A stretch of 63,912 bases of DNA, the filler included, from Dicyema japonicum (taxonomy: Eukaryota > Animalia > Dicyemida): NCBI GenBank assembly GCA_011109175.1. It is 9 parts of 9 records of this genome, joined end to end, with 100 filler letters (N's around TTAATTAATTAA, not from the genome) between each part and the next. Parts side by side here need not be neighbours in the genome. Positions count along the whole stretch, not along the records: positions 1 to 3,346 come from RDEW01000167.1; positions 3,447 to 7,710 come from RDEW01000239.1; positions 7,811 to 31,818 come from RDEW01000008.1; 6 more parts are not named here. One strand, 5' to 3'. The notes under the pieces are model-generated. The model was not told where the DNA came from. It made no database searches and saw nothing but the letters and a program-made list of their open reading frames with translations. Shown in pieces: positions 1 to 13,166 of this stretch (positions are counted from its first letter, which is position 1; every line of letters starts with the position of its first letter). A program made the position numbers and the translations under genes.

Positions 1-429
1 CTTCTTATTAATAAATATAAACAAAAAATTAAATATATTTTTTGACATAAAAAATCCTATAAATAAAATATGATGACATCAATATAAATAAACTCACATC
101 CAACGACGATCCCTAGGCAGGTCATTCCGAGATTTATAAGGCGAGTTGGAGGAGTACCTGAATTGGTAGAATGTTTCTAAAGACCTTCTACCAATGTTTG
201 AGAGTCACAAATGCACTGTAGCGAGGGTTCTTCCATTTTGGAATCAAGTTGTTGTCCATAAATAAAAATTTTGCCCACTTTAATTGGTTATAGTTGAAAG
301 TGCTCATCTCTGCAGATGGGAATATTATTAGAGCATCGGTTAAGACATCTCTGAGTATTTCAGGCAGTGATATGGTGGAGTTATGTCATTATTTCTATTC
401 CTTGCAGGGATTTAGTTGGTCGTTATGTT

Positions 430-828
430 TGATGAGGATTGTAATTTGGCCTACCAAAACTGCGCTTGTCAGCCGCACACGGGTGACTGGCTCAAAGCTC
501 TCCCTATCCCTAGCACGGGGTTACTATTGGACGACGAATCATACGGATTGGAATCAGCTTACGATTGGGCTTGGACATCTGCCAGCCCCACCCTTGCCGG
601 TGCGGGTCCACAATTTCGTCGAACGGCTTGCACGCCTTGTCGTGTAAGAAGAGTGCCGGCAGAATTCCCCGCCACACACAACTCAATGACGTTGTCAGGA
701 GGGCCCTGGAGTCGGCTGGTTTCCTTTCCACTCTGGAGCCAGTCGGCCTTTTCCGGAGCGAAGGCAAACGTCCCGACGGGATGACGACGTTTCCTTTTAG
801 AGAAAACAAGTCCCTGGTTCATTTTTAA
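430..828 (+). mobile_element. CRE-like non-LTR retrotransposon fragment (CCHC zinc knuckle + start of restriction-like endonuclease), frameshifted
   Basis: GDWLKALPIPSTGLLLDDE, then in another frame CRCG...HALSC...RHTQLNDVVRRAL...EPVGL...KRPDGMT (CCHC, RH and RPD motifs of RLE elements). Confidence 0.8.
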
Positions 829-1647
829 TTGATTAAAATGAAAAATAGCTAATATACACGCTGTCATTTAAATTCAGAAATCATTATAAATAAGAACACC
901 AAAAAACAACGTTAGTAAAGTTATCTCGCTTGTGCCACCCTCTCCTGGATACGTTTGTTAATCGCTTCCAGTTCCTTCTGTGCCTTGATAGTGCCCTCAG
1001 GAGCTCAAATTCAGAAATGAATAATTTAAATTATATTATAATAAAATATTTATTTTATTATAGTTAATTTTATCTGAAAAATCGAATGTAATTAAATAAC
1101 CACGTTGCTACTCGTGGTTAGTTTTCTTGTTGTCCTTTGTATTGTGTATTCATTAAATTTTGTTCTTTTATATTAATGGTTTATATTTGTATTAAAATTG
1201 ATTAAATATATTGTTGACTTACAGAATTTCTTATAATATTCGATATTCTGTAATTGAATTCTTGCTATTTTGACAATAATTTAATCTTTTTTTTCATCTC
1301 AACCATTCAATACTATTTGTATTTTATACACAAACTTATTTTTTTCTATTTGTATTTTTATTAAATTTTTACATTTATATATTATTTCTCGGGTTGGATA
1401 ATGCCCCTTTAAAAATTTTATTAAAATCATACGAAAATAACCTGATAATTTCTTAAAAATAACTTTATAATGGGATTAAGTCGAATTGTTCTATTTTTTA
1501 TCAATTTTTTGATTGAATGAATTTAACCAAGAGTCGGCAAAACCCACATCACCAATTTTTCTTAATCAATAATGTTTTTTTTACATTCTACATTTTTTTA
1601 GGTTCTCCGTTTAAAAACAAATATAAAAAATTCAAAAATTTTTATTA

Positions 1648-1938
1648 TCTAAAATTTTTTAAAAAGGTCATATTTTTTCAGACGACTTCTGTGTACATTT
1701 TTAAATAAATCGTCATTCGTATCTCTAAGTTCGCAGGTATCTTTAGCAACTTCCGATATTTGGTATATAGTTGAATCGATTTGATCATATAACGGGTATT
1801 TTCGATTATTCGGATTTGCATCGATATCATGTCTGAGTAGGACATTCTCCTACTTCTAGATCTTTTATCAAATTTCCATTTCTGCCTTCTTTTCATTTTT
1901 TCTCCGACAAGAACGTGGCTATCATACACACTTTGTTG
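1648..1938 (-). pseudogene. C-terminal remnant of a Ginger/gypsy-type (KRABA2/SCAND3-like) integrase
   Basis: Minus-strand frames give KWKFDK / DLEVGE / LRHDIDANPNNRKYPLYDQ...IYQISEV...FKNVHRSRLKKY, resembling the SH3-like integrase tail; frameshifted and cut by the n at 1939. Confidence 0.45.
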
Positions 1939-2015
1939 NTTAAAAGGTATTTATTTATAATTAAACGTTTTGCTTAGTATGGTAAAAAAATTAATCGAAA
2001 ATATTATTTATTTCT

Positions 2016-3346
<1,331 letters not shown>

Positions 3347-3446
3347 NNNNNNNNNNNNNNNNNNNNNNNNNNNNNNNNNNNNNNNNNNNNTTAATTAATT
3401 AANNNNNNNNNNNNNNNNNNNNNNNNNNNNNNNNNNNNNNNNNNNN
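3347..3446. other. Artificial contig spacer N44-TTAATTAATTAA-N44; also at 7711-7810, 31819-31918, 38329-38428, 44560-44659, 47057-47156, 60624-60723, 62547-62646
   Basis: Identical 100-bp linkers carrying a six-frame stop oligo. Confidence 0.98.
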
Positions 3447-3519
3447 AAAATGGAGAGGAGGATAATTGTAGAGCGTGGATCAAGTGAAATTTTTTAGGGC
3501 TACGCGAAGGAGCTATAAC

Positions 3520-3652
3520 TAACTAACAACCCCTAACACTAAAAACTCTACACCCCAACCCAACTTAATCAAAAATTACCCTAAAAACTAATCGTAATCA
3601 ACTCTATCTTAATTCCAAACCCTAACTTCAAACCCTATCCCAAAACCCTAAT
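3520..3652 (+). repeat. Degenerate (CCCTAA)-like telomere-type microsatellite
   Basis: cccctaac, accctaaaa, aaaccctaac, aaaccctatc, aaaaccctaa in a C/A-skewed tract. Confidence 0.5.
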
Positions 3653-3665
3653 TCTGCTACGTAAA

Positions 3666-3984
3666 TAATAATAATAGCCTTTTCACGAGAGCCATAATAT
3701 CTATAGCTCCGCATAGGCAGGACACACTTTATTTAAGTAAAGAACAGGTAATTTTAACTAATCGTAGAACCAAGGAATGATCTTCACTTTTTTTTTATTT
3801 TTCTTGTGTGTGGGTCCTTTCTAGACAATCCAGTTTTGCAGTGAGTATCCACTGATGACGACGTCACTCGTCAAACCCTTTCTGCATCGTAGATGCGTGG
3901 AACCTTCCACCAGGTGAACACCATCGAGATTCGAACCCGTAACCTAAGTCACTTAAGCCCGACACCAACCACTATGGCCTGCTA
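3666..3984 (-). mobile_element. tRNA-derived SINE, full-length reference copy
   Basis: Minus strand: A-box-like GGCCATAGTGG, B-box GGTTCGAATCT, body shared with about seven other copies, AATAAA and a (TTA)n tail; 9-bp direct repeat CTACGTAAA at 3657-3665 and 3985-3993 (TSD). Confidence 0.82.
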
Positions 3985-4736
3985 CTACGTAAAATTACAA
4001 AATAAAAATTAATTTTTAATCTTTTTAATTAAATTAATCAATCATATCCAATTTTAAATATTCGTGAAGGATGTACCCCTTCCAAAAGTTCACCGGACTC
4101 ACTTTCCAATGTACAGATTCAAAATTTCTTATCGACAATTATGTATCTCGTAAGTTCCAATCCATCATATACGGGAATTGTCTCGAATTGGCATCATTAT
4201 CCTGTCTAAATAATTTTTAATAACTATAAGATGTTACACCTTAATGTAATCATGCTGCCAGTTTTAAACGCATCTTAATCGTATTTCCATTTACGCTTAT
4301 CTTCCATCCTGTCTGCTGCCTTCCATTTATGTATGCATCTTTTCTCAAATCATCCAATTTCAGTAATTCATTGTTGACGGCCTTTAATTGTTCTAATTCA
4401 ATATTTTCTTAGGTTTTTTCAATACAACTGATCCCGACCAAATTGATTCAGATTCTCTCAGGCTAAAACTCAATAAAATGAAAACCTCAATAAATTTTAG
4501 CTTAAGTTCTTCTTCCTTACAAAAAAATCTCAATTTAGTTTGATTTTTGATTATATAAGGATATCATCTTCAAAAATTAATGATTTGGCTATTTGATTTG
4601 GCCTAAATCTTTAAACTCTAAATTCAGAATCTTCAGCCCCAAATTGGCTTGGATTGAGTCTTGAATTCTTTATTTTTTCCATTGTTTCTTGTCGAGACTA
4701 AGTGAACCCATTCAGACACGTCATTATTGTTATTAT

Positions 4737-4822
4737 TATAGGCACGTATGCGATGCCAAGATCATGACAAAGCATGTGCAATATAGGCACGTATGCGATG
4801 CAAAGATCATGACAAAGCATGT
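4737..4822 (+). repeat. About 45-bp tandem duplication
   Basis: tataggcacgtatgcgatg(c/a)caagatcatgacaaagcatgt-like unit twice. Confidence 0.85.
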
Positions 4823-4829
4823 TTTATGT

Positions 4830-6860
4830 TCTTTATCGGTTTGTTTGTGTTAACTTTTAATGACCACTCAGCCATTTTATCAGGCATTTTCTCCAAAAGT
4901 GCAATTAACTCTTGTTTGTTATTTGAAATAAAGTCCACGTCGTCCGCATATGCTATTATGTCCGTTCCTTCTTCGATATGAGACTTCATTTCTCGTAGAG
5001 CTGCTTCCAGATAAATAATGAACAAAATCAGGGATAATAGATTTCCTTGAGGGGTACTAATTGTCGTTTCAAATGTCCTCGATAAAGCTTTCCCAGTCCT
5101 GACCATCAAACTCGTGTCCGTCAAGAGTGTCCTGACCATCCTAATCGTTGAGCCCTCCAAGAAGTGCTCCAGTATTTGCAGCAGCTTGTTCCTGTTGACG
5201 GACATATCAATCCCCAGAATGGTTGTCGTTATTTTAAATTTTTGAACAGTCACACTTCTCCATTTGTGGCTCCACATAACATCTGACGTTAATCTCCTTT
5301 TGCAGAAGCCACTTTGATGAGCCGACAGGTACAAGTCTAGGCGTCCCTCCATTCTTTAAAGAGTAATATTGGCTAGTATCTTCCGTAATGTGTTGGTTAA
5401 GACCACTTGTCTTAGGTTCTCAACTTTCCCCGATTTTTTGTTTGACTTCTGTACTGGTATCAATAGTCCTTCTCAAAGTGGCAAATTGGCTCCTTTAATA
5501 TACGTTTCGTTTAGAATCCAAGCAATTATCATATATAGCTTTTGAGTTCCATATTTGAAAAATTCACCATTTAAGCCATCTGGGCCGGGAGTCTTATTGT
5601 CCTTCAGTTTGTAACTTGCTTTCATCACTTCTTCCAAAGTTATTTCTTCGTCTAATTTTCCCTGATCCGTGTTAATGGTGAGTTTTTTGCTATTTTTTGA
5701 TACGAATAGTGCTTCAAAATAATCCGCTAAAAGTTCTGCAATTTCTTGTTGGATAGCAATATGTTTTTCTTTTTGATCTCGTAAAGTCAGTGTTTTCCTT
5801 GGTAGTTTTCAGATTTGTCCGACAGCTTCATAAAACTTCGCATTGTCTTTATGGCCTTCGATTTTCTCTATTTTTGTTATTGTTTCGTTCTTTAATATCC
5901 GACGTGCAGCTTTTCTTATTTTCTTTTTGATGACTGTTCTTTCCTTTTGTAGCCGCTGTTTCGTATTTTTGTCATCTGTATTTGGACATTGTATCCATAT
6001 CGCCTTTTGTTGATTTGCAATGACTGTTCTTTCCTTTTGTAGCCGCTGTTTCGTATTTTTGTCATCTGTATTTGGACATTGTATCCATAACGCCTTTTGT
6101 TGATTTGCAAAGAGTTTCAAAGCGGTTGCTTCTTCAGTGGGTGTTTTAGTTACGTAGTCCTCTTTCAGGTATATATCTGCAGCAATCATGATCTTCTGTT
6201 TGACCAAGGTCCACGCGATTTGTGGTGCCAAATCTACTGATATTTCTCCCAATCCCTCATCGAGGTATTTTCTGAATTCCTCTCCCTAGATAGTATTGTT
6301 CTTTAGATGGTCTAAAACGTATCCCTTTGCTTGACAAAAGCTAGCTAACAAGGTTCCTGCAATGTTCCTTTTTCCCCTTCATGTCTTCCAATGAATGCTT
6401 CTTCTATATTGATTCGACTTCCAACTTTTGCATTAAGATCACCGGCAATCAATATTAATGTAGAAATTGCATAATTGAATAAACATCAGACAGATTCGCA
6501 TAAAAATCGTCAATTTCCTCGGGTTTCTTATTGATCCATCCACTATGTGAAGCATATGCGTTAATAATAGTAAGATAACTCCTCGGAGAGTTATGATCGT
6601 CCAATGTTATTTGTAAAATCCCAATCCTTTCATTGATTGTCCAATAGCGGTATATGCGCCGGAGTAAGTCCCATCTTACAGCAACTCCGACTACGTAATG
6701 TTTTGATCCCCCAGAGAGAAAGATTAACTGAAACTTTCTGTGTTGTTCTTCAAACTCCTTCGATATTTTTTATCTCTTGGAAACATCCGAGTGATATCTT
6801 GTATTTTGCAAGGTCTTCACAAAGTTCTTTTCTTGTCCTCTGACATTGAACGTTAAAAGA
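4830..6860 (-). mobile_element. RTE-clade LINE, degenerate (APE endonuclease + reverse transcriptase)
   Basis: APE motifs INAYA and ILIAGDLNAKVG; RT motifs PGPDG, HQSGF, GIDMS, PQG..LS.ILF, AYADDVDF; many stops and frameshifts. Confidence 0.88.
5931..6110. repeat. 90-bp in-frame tandem duplication inside the RTE LINE
   Basis: 5931-6020 matches 6021-6110 with one mismatch. Confidence 0.95.
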
Positions 6861-7271
6861 GAGAAGTCATTTAGGTTGCAATTTTCATGCTATTCAGACA
6901 TACTTTTTCATGAGGGACGTCACCACCTCAGCCAAAAAAAGACATGTTATATTTTTTAAATTATAACTTATTATTTTTTTAAACTTATTATTATATATAA
7001 TTTTATAATTATTTATCGTGTTCTAATGAACTTATCATTAAAAAATTATTTTTTTTGCATGAGCTAATCATTAAAAATTGCAAAGGCAACGTTACATCTA
7101 CGTACTGTCACAATCTATAAATTAGTAAAGGTTTACGAACATAAATACTGATAGTCCTATTTTAATAACACACCTTAATAACATAAGATGGAAAATGTAT
7201 GAACCAAATTCGATACACTCAATATTTATTGCACAATATTAAGAAAAAACGACTCATTAAATATTTACACT

Positions 7272-7710
7272 TCACTCAGGCAGAGCTGGTCCAAAATAGC
7301 TATCAGATGAACAATCACTCTCTTCATTTCGTACATTCCTTACTCCAGTTGCCCCATACAAATGAATCTTTTTGTCCACACCCCAAGGATCATCAGCTTC
7401 TTCCTTCACTCTATCTAATCCTTCATATACTTCTTCCTTCAATACCATTTTCAGCCCTCTTTCCGTAGCTTCTTCCTTCACTCTCACATCTTCGACTCCT
7501 CCTTGAGTCTCTTCAGTCATTTTCTATATAGATAACAAAGCTCATCCCCACTTCTTCGAATGTCTCTTCATCTGAGTCCCCAAAAATGTCATTAAAGAGG
7601 TCCATAGGACGATTTTCAAACTCATTTACAAAGGGTTCCTAGAAGGTAAGAGACAAGTGATTTACCTTCACAATCTTGAAGTCCTCCTCAGAAATAGGAT
7701 GTTCCTCTGC
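7272..7710 (-). CDS. GPATCH1: 3' part of G-patch domain protein 1 (GPATCH1/TGH-like); exons 7710-7666, 7638-7552, 7523-7272; 5' end lost at gap
   Basis: Removing GT-AG introns 7639-7665 (27 nt) and 7524-7551 (28 nt) gives a continuous frame with RPMDLFNDIFGDSDEE (GPATCH1 RPxxDLFxxIF motif) and a C-terminal FGPALP. Confidence 0.68.
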
Positions 7711-8269
7711 NNNNNNNNNNNNNNNNNNNNNNNNNNNNNNNNNNNNNNNNNNNNTTAATTAATTAANNNNNNNNNNNNNNNNNNNNNNNNNNNNNNNNNN
7801 NNNNNNNNNNTAGGCTGAGTAAATCTGCAATCAGTATCTAAAATTCATTATAAAAATAACTTTTTTCAAAAAAATTGTCAGTTCTAAATTTGGAAAATTG
7901 CAATTTCATTTTTTCCACTGTAACAGTAAAACCACCAGGAAATTGACTTTCAAAATTTATTTTAGTCACCGCTTCTTACTATTACTCGACAATCATATAG
8001 GAGTACCTTTTCAAAAATATCCAAGGCTTAGTACTCTGATTGAGTGACTTGACTTTGAATCCGAGAAGACTGGGTCTCAACTTATCTGCTTGGTGGGATA
8101 TTTTTTCACATAATCAATCCATTTGGCAATTACGGAGTACATTCATGAGATATGTGTCATTAAGTGTTGAATATTTTTATGTGAATTTATTGGATATAGA
8201 GAAACTACTATTGTTTGAGTCTTCAGCCAGTTTCATGAATATTTTTATTTATTTAAAAACTCTAGAATC

Positions 8270-8585
8270 ACCGACAAAATAAAGGGAGGTAGGGGCCGTC
8301 AGTAGGCCCCCTTGACCAGCCGCTTCATCTTTTCTCGGTGTTCCTCCCGAGTGCCGACACACTTCCTGTACGGACGAATCACTAGGAGTTTTAGCTGAGG
8401 TCCCATTCTCCTCACGAGTTCTTCGAACAGGGTTGGTGTTAATGGTGAGTTTCATGAATATGAATGAGTTTTTTTTTAAACACAATGTCTTGACTAGAAT
8501 CAGTAGACCCCCGCCGTGGCCCGAAGGTCGGCTCGCTCTCAATACGCTAAATCCAAGTTTGGTTTCTTGTAGGAGGCTCTTGATT
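8270..8585 (-). mobile_element. LINE fragment (APE endonuclease N-terminus)
   Basis: LLQETKL...RPSGHGGGLLILVK. Confidence 0.6.
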
Positions 8586-10059
8586 ATTTTAAAAAATGTG
8601 AAAATATACCAATCGCTAGACATTTTTTGACATTTGATGTAAAAAACTCCAAAAACTACAATCATCGAGACTGAGGATATCCACTTTTTTATTACTTTCG
8701 ACAGAGGCTGAACTTGCATTACAGAATATACGATTTGCATAGGTGGTGAGAGACTTTTATTCGAATATTGTAGTACTTCCAAAATCCATTTGAAGTTATT
8801 TGGAAATGTGATTGACTCACAGAGATCTGCTTTGAAGTGAATCTGTTGTATGTCTTTACTTCATGTGTTAACAAAAGTTCGTTTTGTCCTCCTCTTTCTG
8901 AATTCGAAGCGGAAAATCCCGGAGCCTTTGTGGCTCAATTTGATAGACCCTGTCAAGTCGAACCAAACCGTCTTGATCTCTGCTTCATAATTTTTGACAG
9001 TAGTAGCTCCTGTAGATCGTCAAGAAGTGCTAACTTTTAATGTCCTCTTTTCGATTTTTTTGAACCATTTTTACGTCATAACAAACACACCACAACTAAT
9101 TTAAGTTTATTGATCTAGAAAATATTGATTTAACGAATTTAAATAAATTTAATTTTTTTTAATTTTATTGCAATAATTTAAAAATTGTTGAGAGCACTTT
9201 ATTTAGTGATCTCGTCTATTAAGAAATTAAGAGCTTTCCTAGAAAATACACTCATTACTACTGACAACAGATTGTAAATTAAAGAAGATATATAAAATTT
9301 TCCTACTTTGAATCTCATCTGATCCAAAATTAAATGATCTTGGGGATGGTCTGAAGTTAACGTATGACATAGTACATTTAATGTCTTCATATCCTCAAGA
9401 TGGATGTATCTTCCAGTCCCTATTAATGTACTAGAGGACATCAGATACTTAAACTTTCTGAAGGAAAAATTAAATCTCCAATGTTGGGTGAGTATTCCGC
9501 CTGACCAATTTGAGTTACTCGGACAAGTCAGCTTTGAGGAGGAACAAGGAAATTATTAGTTATTAACTATTAATAGTAAAAGACGTTCACTCAATCCGAT
9601 ATTTTAAAGATTTAAAGACATCCAGCTTCCATCTTTCTCAGATTTGATCGCAAATTCTGTGTAAAAACACTACAGACACGCATCACTGGTTGTTTCCCAT
9701 TTAATAACTCCCGATATACAGTAAAGAGTTTCAGAATTAATTATCGTGTAATTAATGTATGTTCTATTGAGTGAGACGCATCTCTTCCAATCATAATGTC
9801 CTGCCACATCCGCAACCATGGGGACCCCTCCGATTGAGTAGGGGAAAGGAGATCCTTTTTGAATGCCGCCCAGGCGATTGGGGACTACTGTGACAGTTGG
9901 ATCAACTGACGCCTCTTAGGAATTGAATAAGGCTTAGAGCAGGACGAAATCTCTCGAGCCGAAAAGTAGCGATGCTAATTGCGAATTGGGGACTATGCTA
10001 TCTGAAAAATATAGTTATAGTCTTAAAAAATCGCGGGATTGTTTATAAGTTGGGATATT

Positions 10060-10305
10060 TATTTTTTTATTTATTTAACACCCAAGAGACGGTAGAGCCA
10101 AAACTAACTATCACGTGATCCCGATGCGCTCCGCCAAAATCCTCATTCTTTCCCGGTGCTCCTCCCTTGTACCCACACAAGCTCGTACAGGGCGGCTGAC
10201 TGTATTTGCAGGACCACCTTCCCGCATGTCGTTGTTTTGTTTAATGAGGGCCTCCAGAGTAGTCGGTCCGGTTCTGTGTCTCCCACAAGACCACCACTCC
10301 GTCAT
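10060..10305 (-). mobile_element. 3' end of Jockey/I-like LINE family whose ORF ends in GIT*
   Basis: Ends ...RMRILAERIGIT*; similar to 32543-33073 and 39020; followed by an A-rich tail. Confidence 0.55.
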
Positions 10306-11086
10306 TCTGAAAGCCTTTTTTTACGTCCTCAATTTTATTATTGTTCTCGCACTTCAAAAGAATGTTTGCCACGTGTGGTGACAAACATAAGTGTGTATCC
10401 AGTGTCACGCCCAGGGATATAATGATTTTAATTTAAATTTTACATTTAAAAACATTAAAATTTAATTTATTTTTAAAATAATTTATTTTTGTACTCATTG
10501 AGTGATGTGTATGGACTTTGCAATCATCGAATAACACGTGTTTACTCCCAAAGTACACTATATAATTTAAATTATAGTAATCTTGCAATAATTATTTCTT
10601 AAATTGTAAATCTCGTCTGTGGTATTATTTACGACATCTATATGATCATGCTATCATAGACTGTCCAACTATGAACGAAGCGGAAATTTTTCGAATATGA
10701 TCCCTTTTAGTTATTTATTCAGTCCCACGTGTTGAAGGATACCAAAGAATGGATATATCAATAAAATGGCTATTGTATCATTTTCGACAAGTTTGACTGA
10801 TAAAACAGACGGTTTTATAATTCTCTTACTTTAAGTTTTTGTACTAAAAACAATATTATTGAATGTTTTTTAGTCAAAAGTAATATTACTGTGTCATTCA
10901 TGTGGAATATTTAATATATCGGCTTTATTGACGGGGGTTATTATGATTTGAAAATATTGTTATTTGTGACCTCTTTGATGACGGATATTAGTCTATATTG
11001 AATATTTTTTAGTAATTTTTCATTAAGTTATATTAATCAGTCACACCTCAAACAAACATTTCTATTCCCATTACAATATTTACCCA

Positions 11087-11383
11087 TTGGACGGAGAAAT
11101 AAGAAGTAACAGATGGGGCTTATTTGGTCACATCCTAAGAATGGACAGGAATACTCCCGCTAATTTTGCGATGGAACACCACTATGCTTCTCATCCGGGA
11201 TCGACTTTCCGGGGAAGACCACGAATTACTCTACCAACCCTTATACATCAAGACCTAACTACGATTGGGAAAGGGTTGACGTCGGCAGATGGTCTTGATC
11301 ACCTAATGGACCTATCGAGGAACAGAGGGAACTGGAAGCGATTAACAAAACGCATCCAGGATAGGGTGGCACAAGCGAGATAA
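11087..11383 (+). mobile_element. RTE LINE 3' fragment
   Basis: RWGLFGHILRMD..TPA..AM, FRGRPRITLP, NRGNWKRL; related fragments at 19400-19760, 24390-24794, 29700-30000, 49250-49570. Confidence 0.8.
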
Positions 11384-11486
11384 CAGTAACTTTTCAAACA
11401 CAAGTTTTTTTCGATGTGATTTATTTATGTAACTTAATTGATGAGAGCTTTTATGTGTCAGTCAATATTGAACATATAATACTGCA

Positions 11487-11702
11487 CTTTACGGAGAGCC
11501 ATATTAGCCTTAACTCTTCCTATGGAGGACACACACTCTATTTTAAATTGTCTTCACTAATCGATGAGGCTCTTCACTTATTTATTTTTTTTGAATTTGA
11601 GTCTTCCGCGCTGAGATGTTCATTAACGATGACGTCACTGCGGAACCTTCAGTCGGATTGTACTGCAACGAGATTCGAACAATCAGGCCATTTTCCCGGC
11701 AC
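11487..11702 (-). mobile_element. tRNA-derived SINE copy, degenerate
   Basis: B-box (gattcgaac at 11672-11680 on +); ggaaccttc, gacgtcact and ctcttcactt blocks shared with 3666-3984. Confidence 0.65.
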
Positions 11703-13166
11703 TTGTAAATATCAATGTCTTATTCAATACTGAATAGTGTTTTCCATTATCGTTGTAGTGGACATCCACCTATCTCTGGGACAGATCATTTATTTCCGAG
11801 TTTTTCCACTATACTATTTTTTTCACTATTAACGGTTTGAGATTGAGCCTAGTAGGATCCGAACAGACAAATTACTAAAATCGACAAATTCAACTTTTAA
11901 CTTTCGCAAGACCTAACTCACACGTGGTGGATTTCTTAATTTGACAAAATTCAGTTTACCTTGTTATTTTACTTTAAAATAGGTTAAGTGAACTTTTTAC
12001 ACTAATTAAGCTGAAATGAATAATCTGATTCATCAATTAGTGGATGTGGTTAACTATGGTAAACTGTCCTTACTAACTTAACCGCAGACGACAAAAAAAT
12101 CAATTAATTTCCATATTTCATACCCAAGATATCTAAAAGCAAGTCAATACGACTGCTTGTGTGAAAGTTCTCTGCTAGTCCCCTATGATTCCTCTTCTCA
12201 TTGAGTACCCGAATACTTGGGGATCAAAATGAAGGTTAAATTTGACAAATCAATAAACCACTTCTTTGAGAATTCAACTTTTGTTTACTTTGGAGATGAA
12301 AGAGTCCGCTTTCTATGTGAATCTGACTCTTTTCAGGCACTTAAATTCATCCTATAGACACGTGGAAAGCTATTGTAATCAACATACATAGAATCATCTT
12401 CCATCCCCAAGTTCTTTCAATTTTGGCCTGGACGAGATCGATCCCGGATTCTTGTGTTCTGAACGTCAGTTCTTCAATGCCTTGAATCAGTCACCTGCTC
12501 TATGCTCACGAGAAGGAAGACAAGCCTTTTCATCTATAGCCACTCTGCTTATAAAGGCACGTGACCATTCCAACTTTCCGACAGATTACTACTGGTAGAG
12601 GAGGTTATTGTCCCCCATGTTACAAAACTCCAAGTAAAATAAAATTCGACTTTGAAGACAAAAATTCACTTCAGACTTGGTTGATGTAAAAATCCTTTAA
12701 ACTTGTAAGGGATTTCAAGTACAGAGTCCTTTCGGCTTTAATTCGACAGTATTGATTTTGTTTTTACAAATTTTAAGAAGTTTCTCATATCCATTAGAGA
12801 CCATTATGTCAATGGATTAATTACAACACTTCATTTATAGATTTAATTGTAGCTCTTTGTGCTATTCACACATACACTTACATCACACTTACTTCTAAGC
12901 ATGAGAACGCAATTACTCAATCCATAGTAACAACAACGTCATTTCAAGTTTTGAGCTTCCAGAAAGTCAAGTCTGGGGAGACATATTCGACGAGGACCCT
13001 TCCTCGTGTGGAAGCCAGTCCACGTCAAAAATCGTATACCTTAAGTGATGACTTTACGTTAGCGCTAATGTTTAAATTCATTGTTTTCCATTATTATGCG
13101 AAAAAGCCAGTTAAGCCGGGTACTTTAACTGATTACTGATTTACTTGCTGGAGATTTAATAATACA

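Noticed and set aside
3347-3446. TTAATTAATTAA palindrome recurring eight times
   Set aside because: Always embedded in N44 flanks; a synthetic six-frame-stop linker. Adjacency across these spacers has no biological meaning
3851-3877. CTGATGA followed by a short hairpin, resembling a hammerhead ribozyme core (also 45904, 47225)
   Set aside because: No correctly placed GAAA with closing stems; the first two lie antisense within the SINE body
3918-3984. tRNA gene
   Set aside because: Has A/B boxes but no convincing cloverleaf, and it is fused to a repeated body and tail: a SINE head
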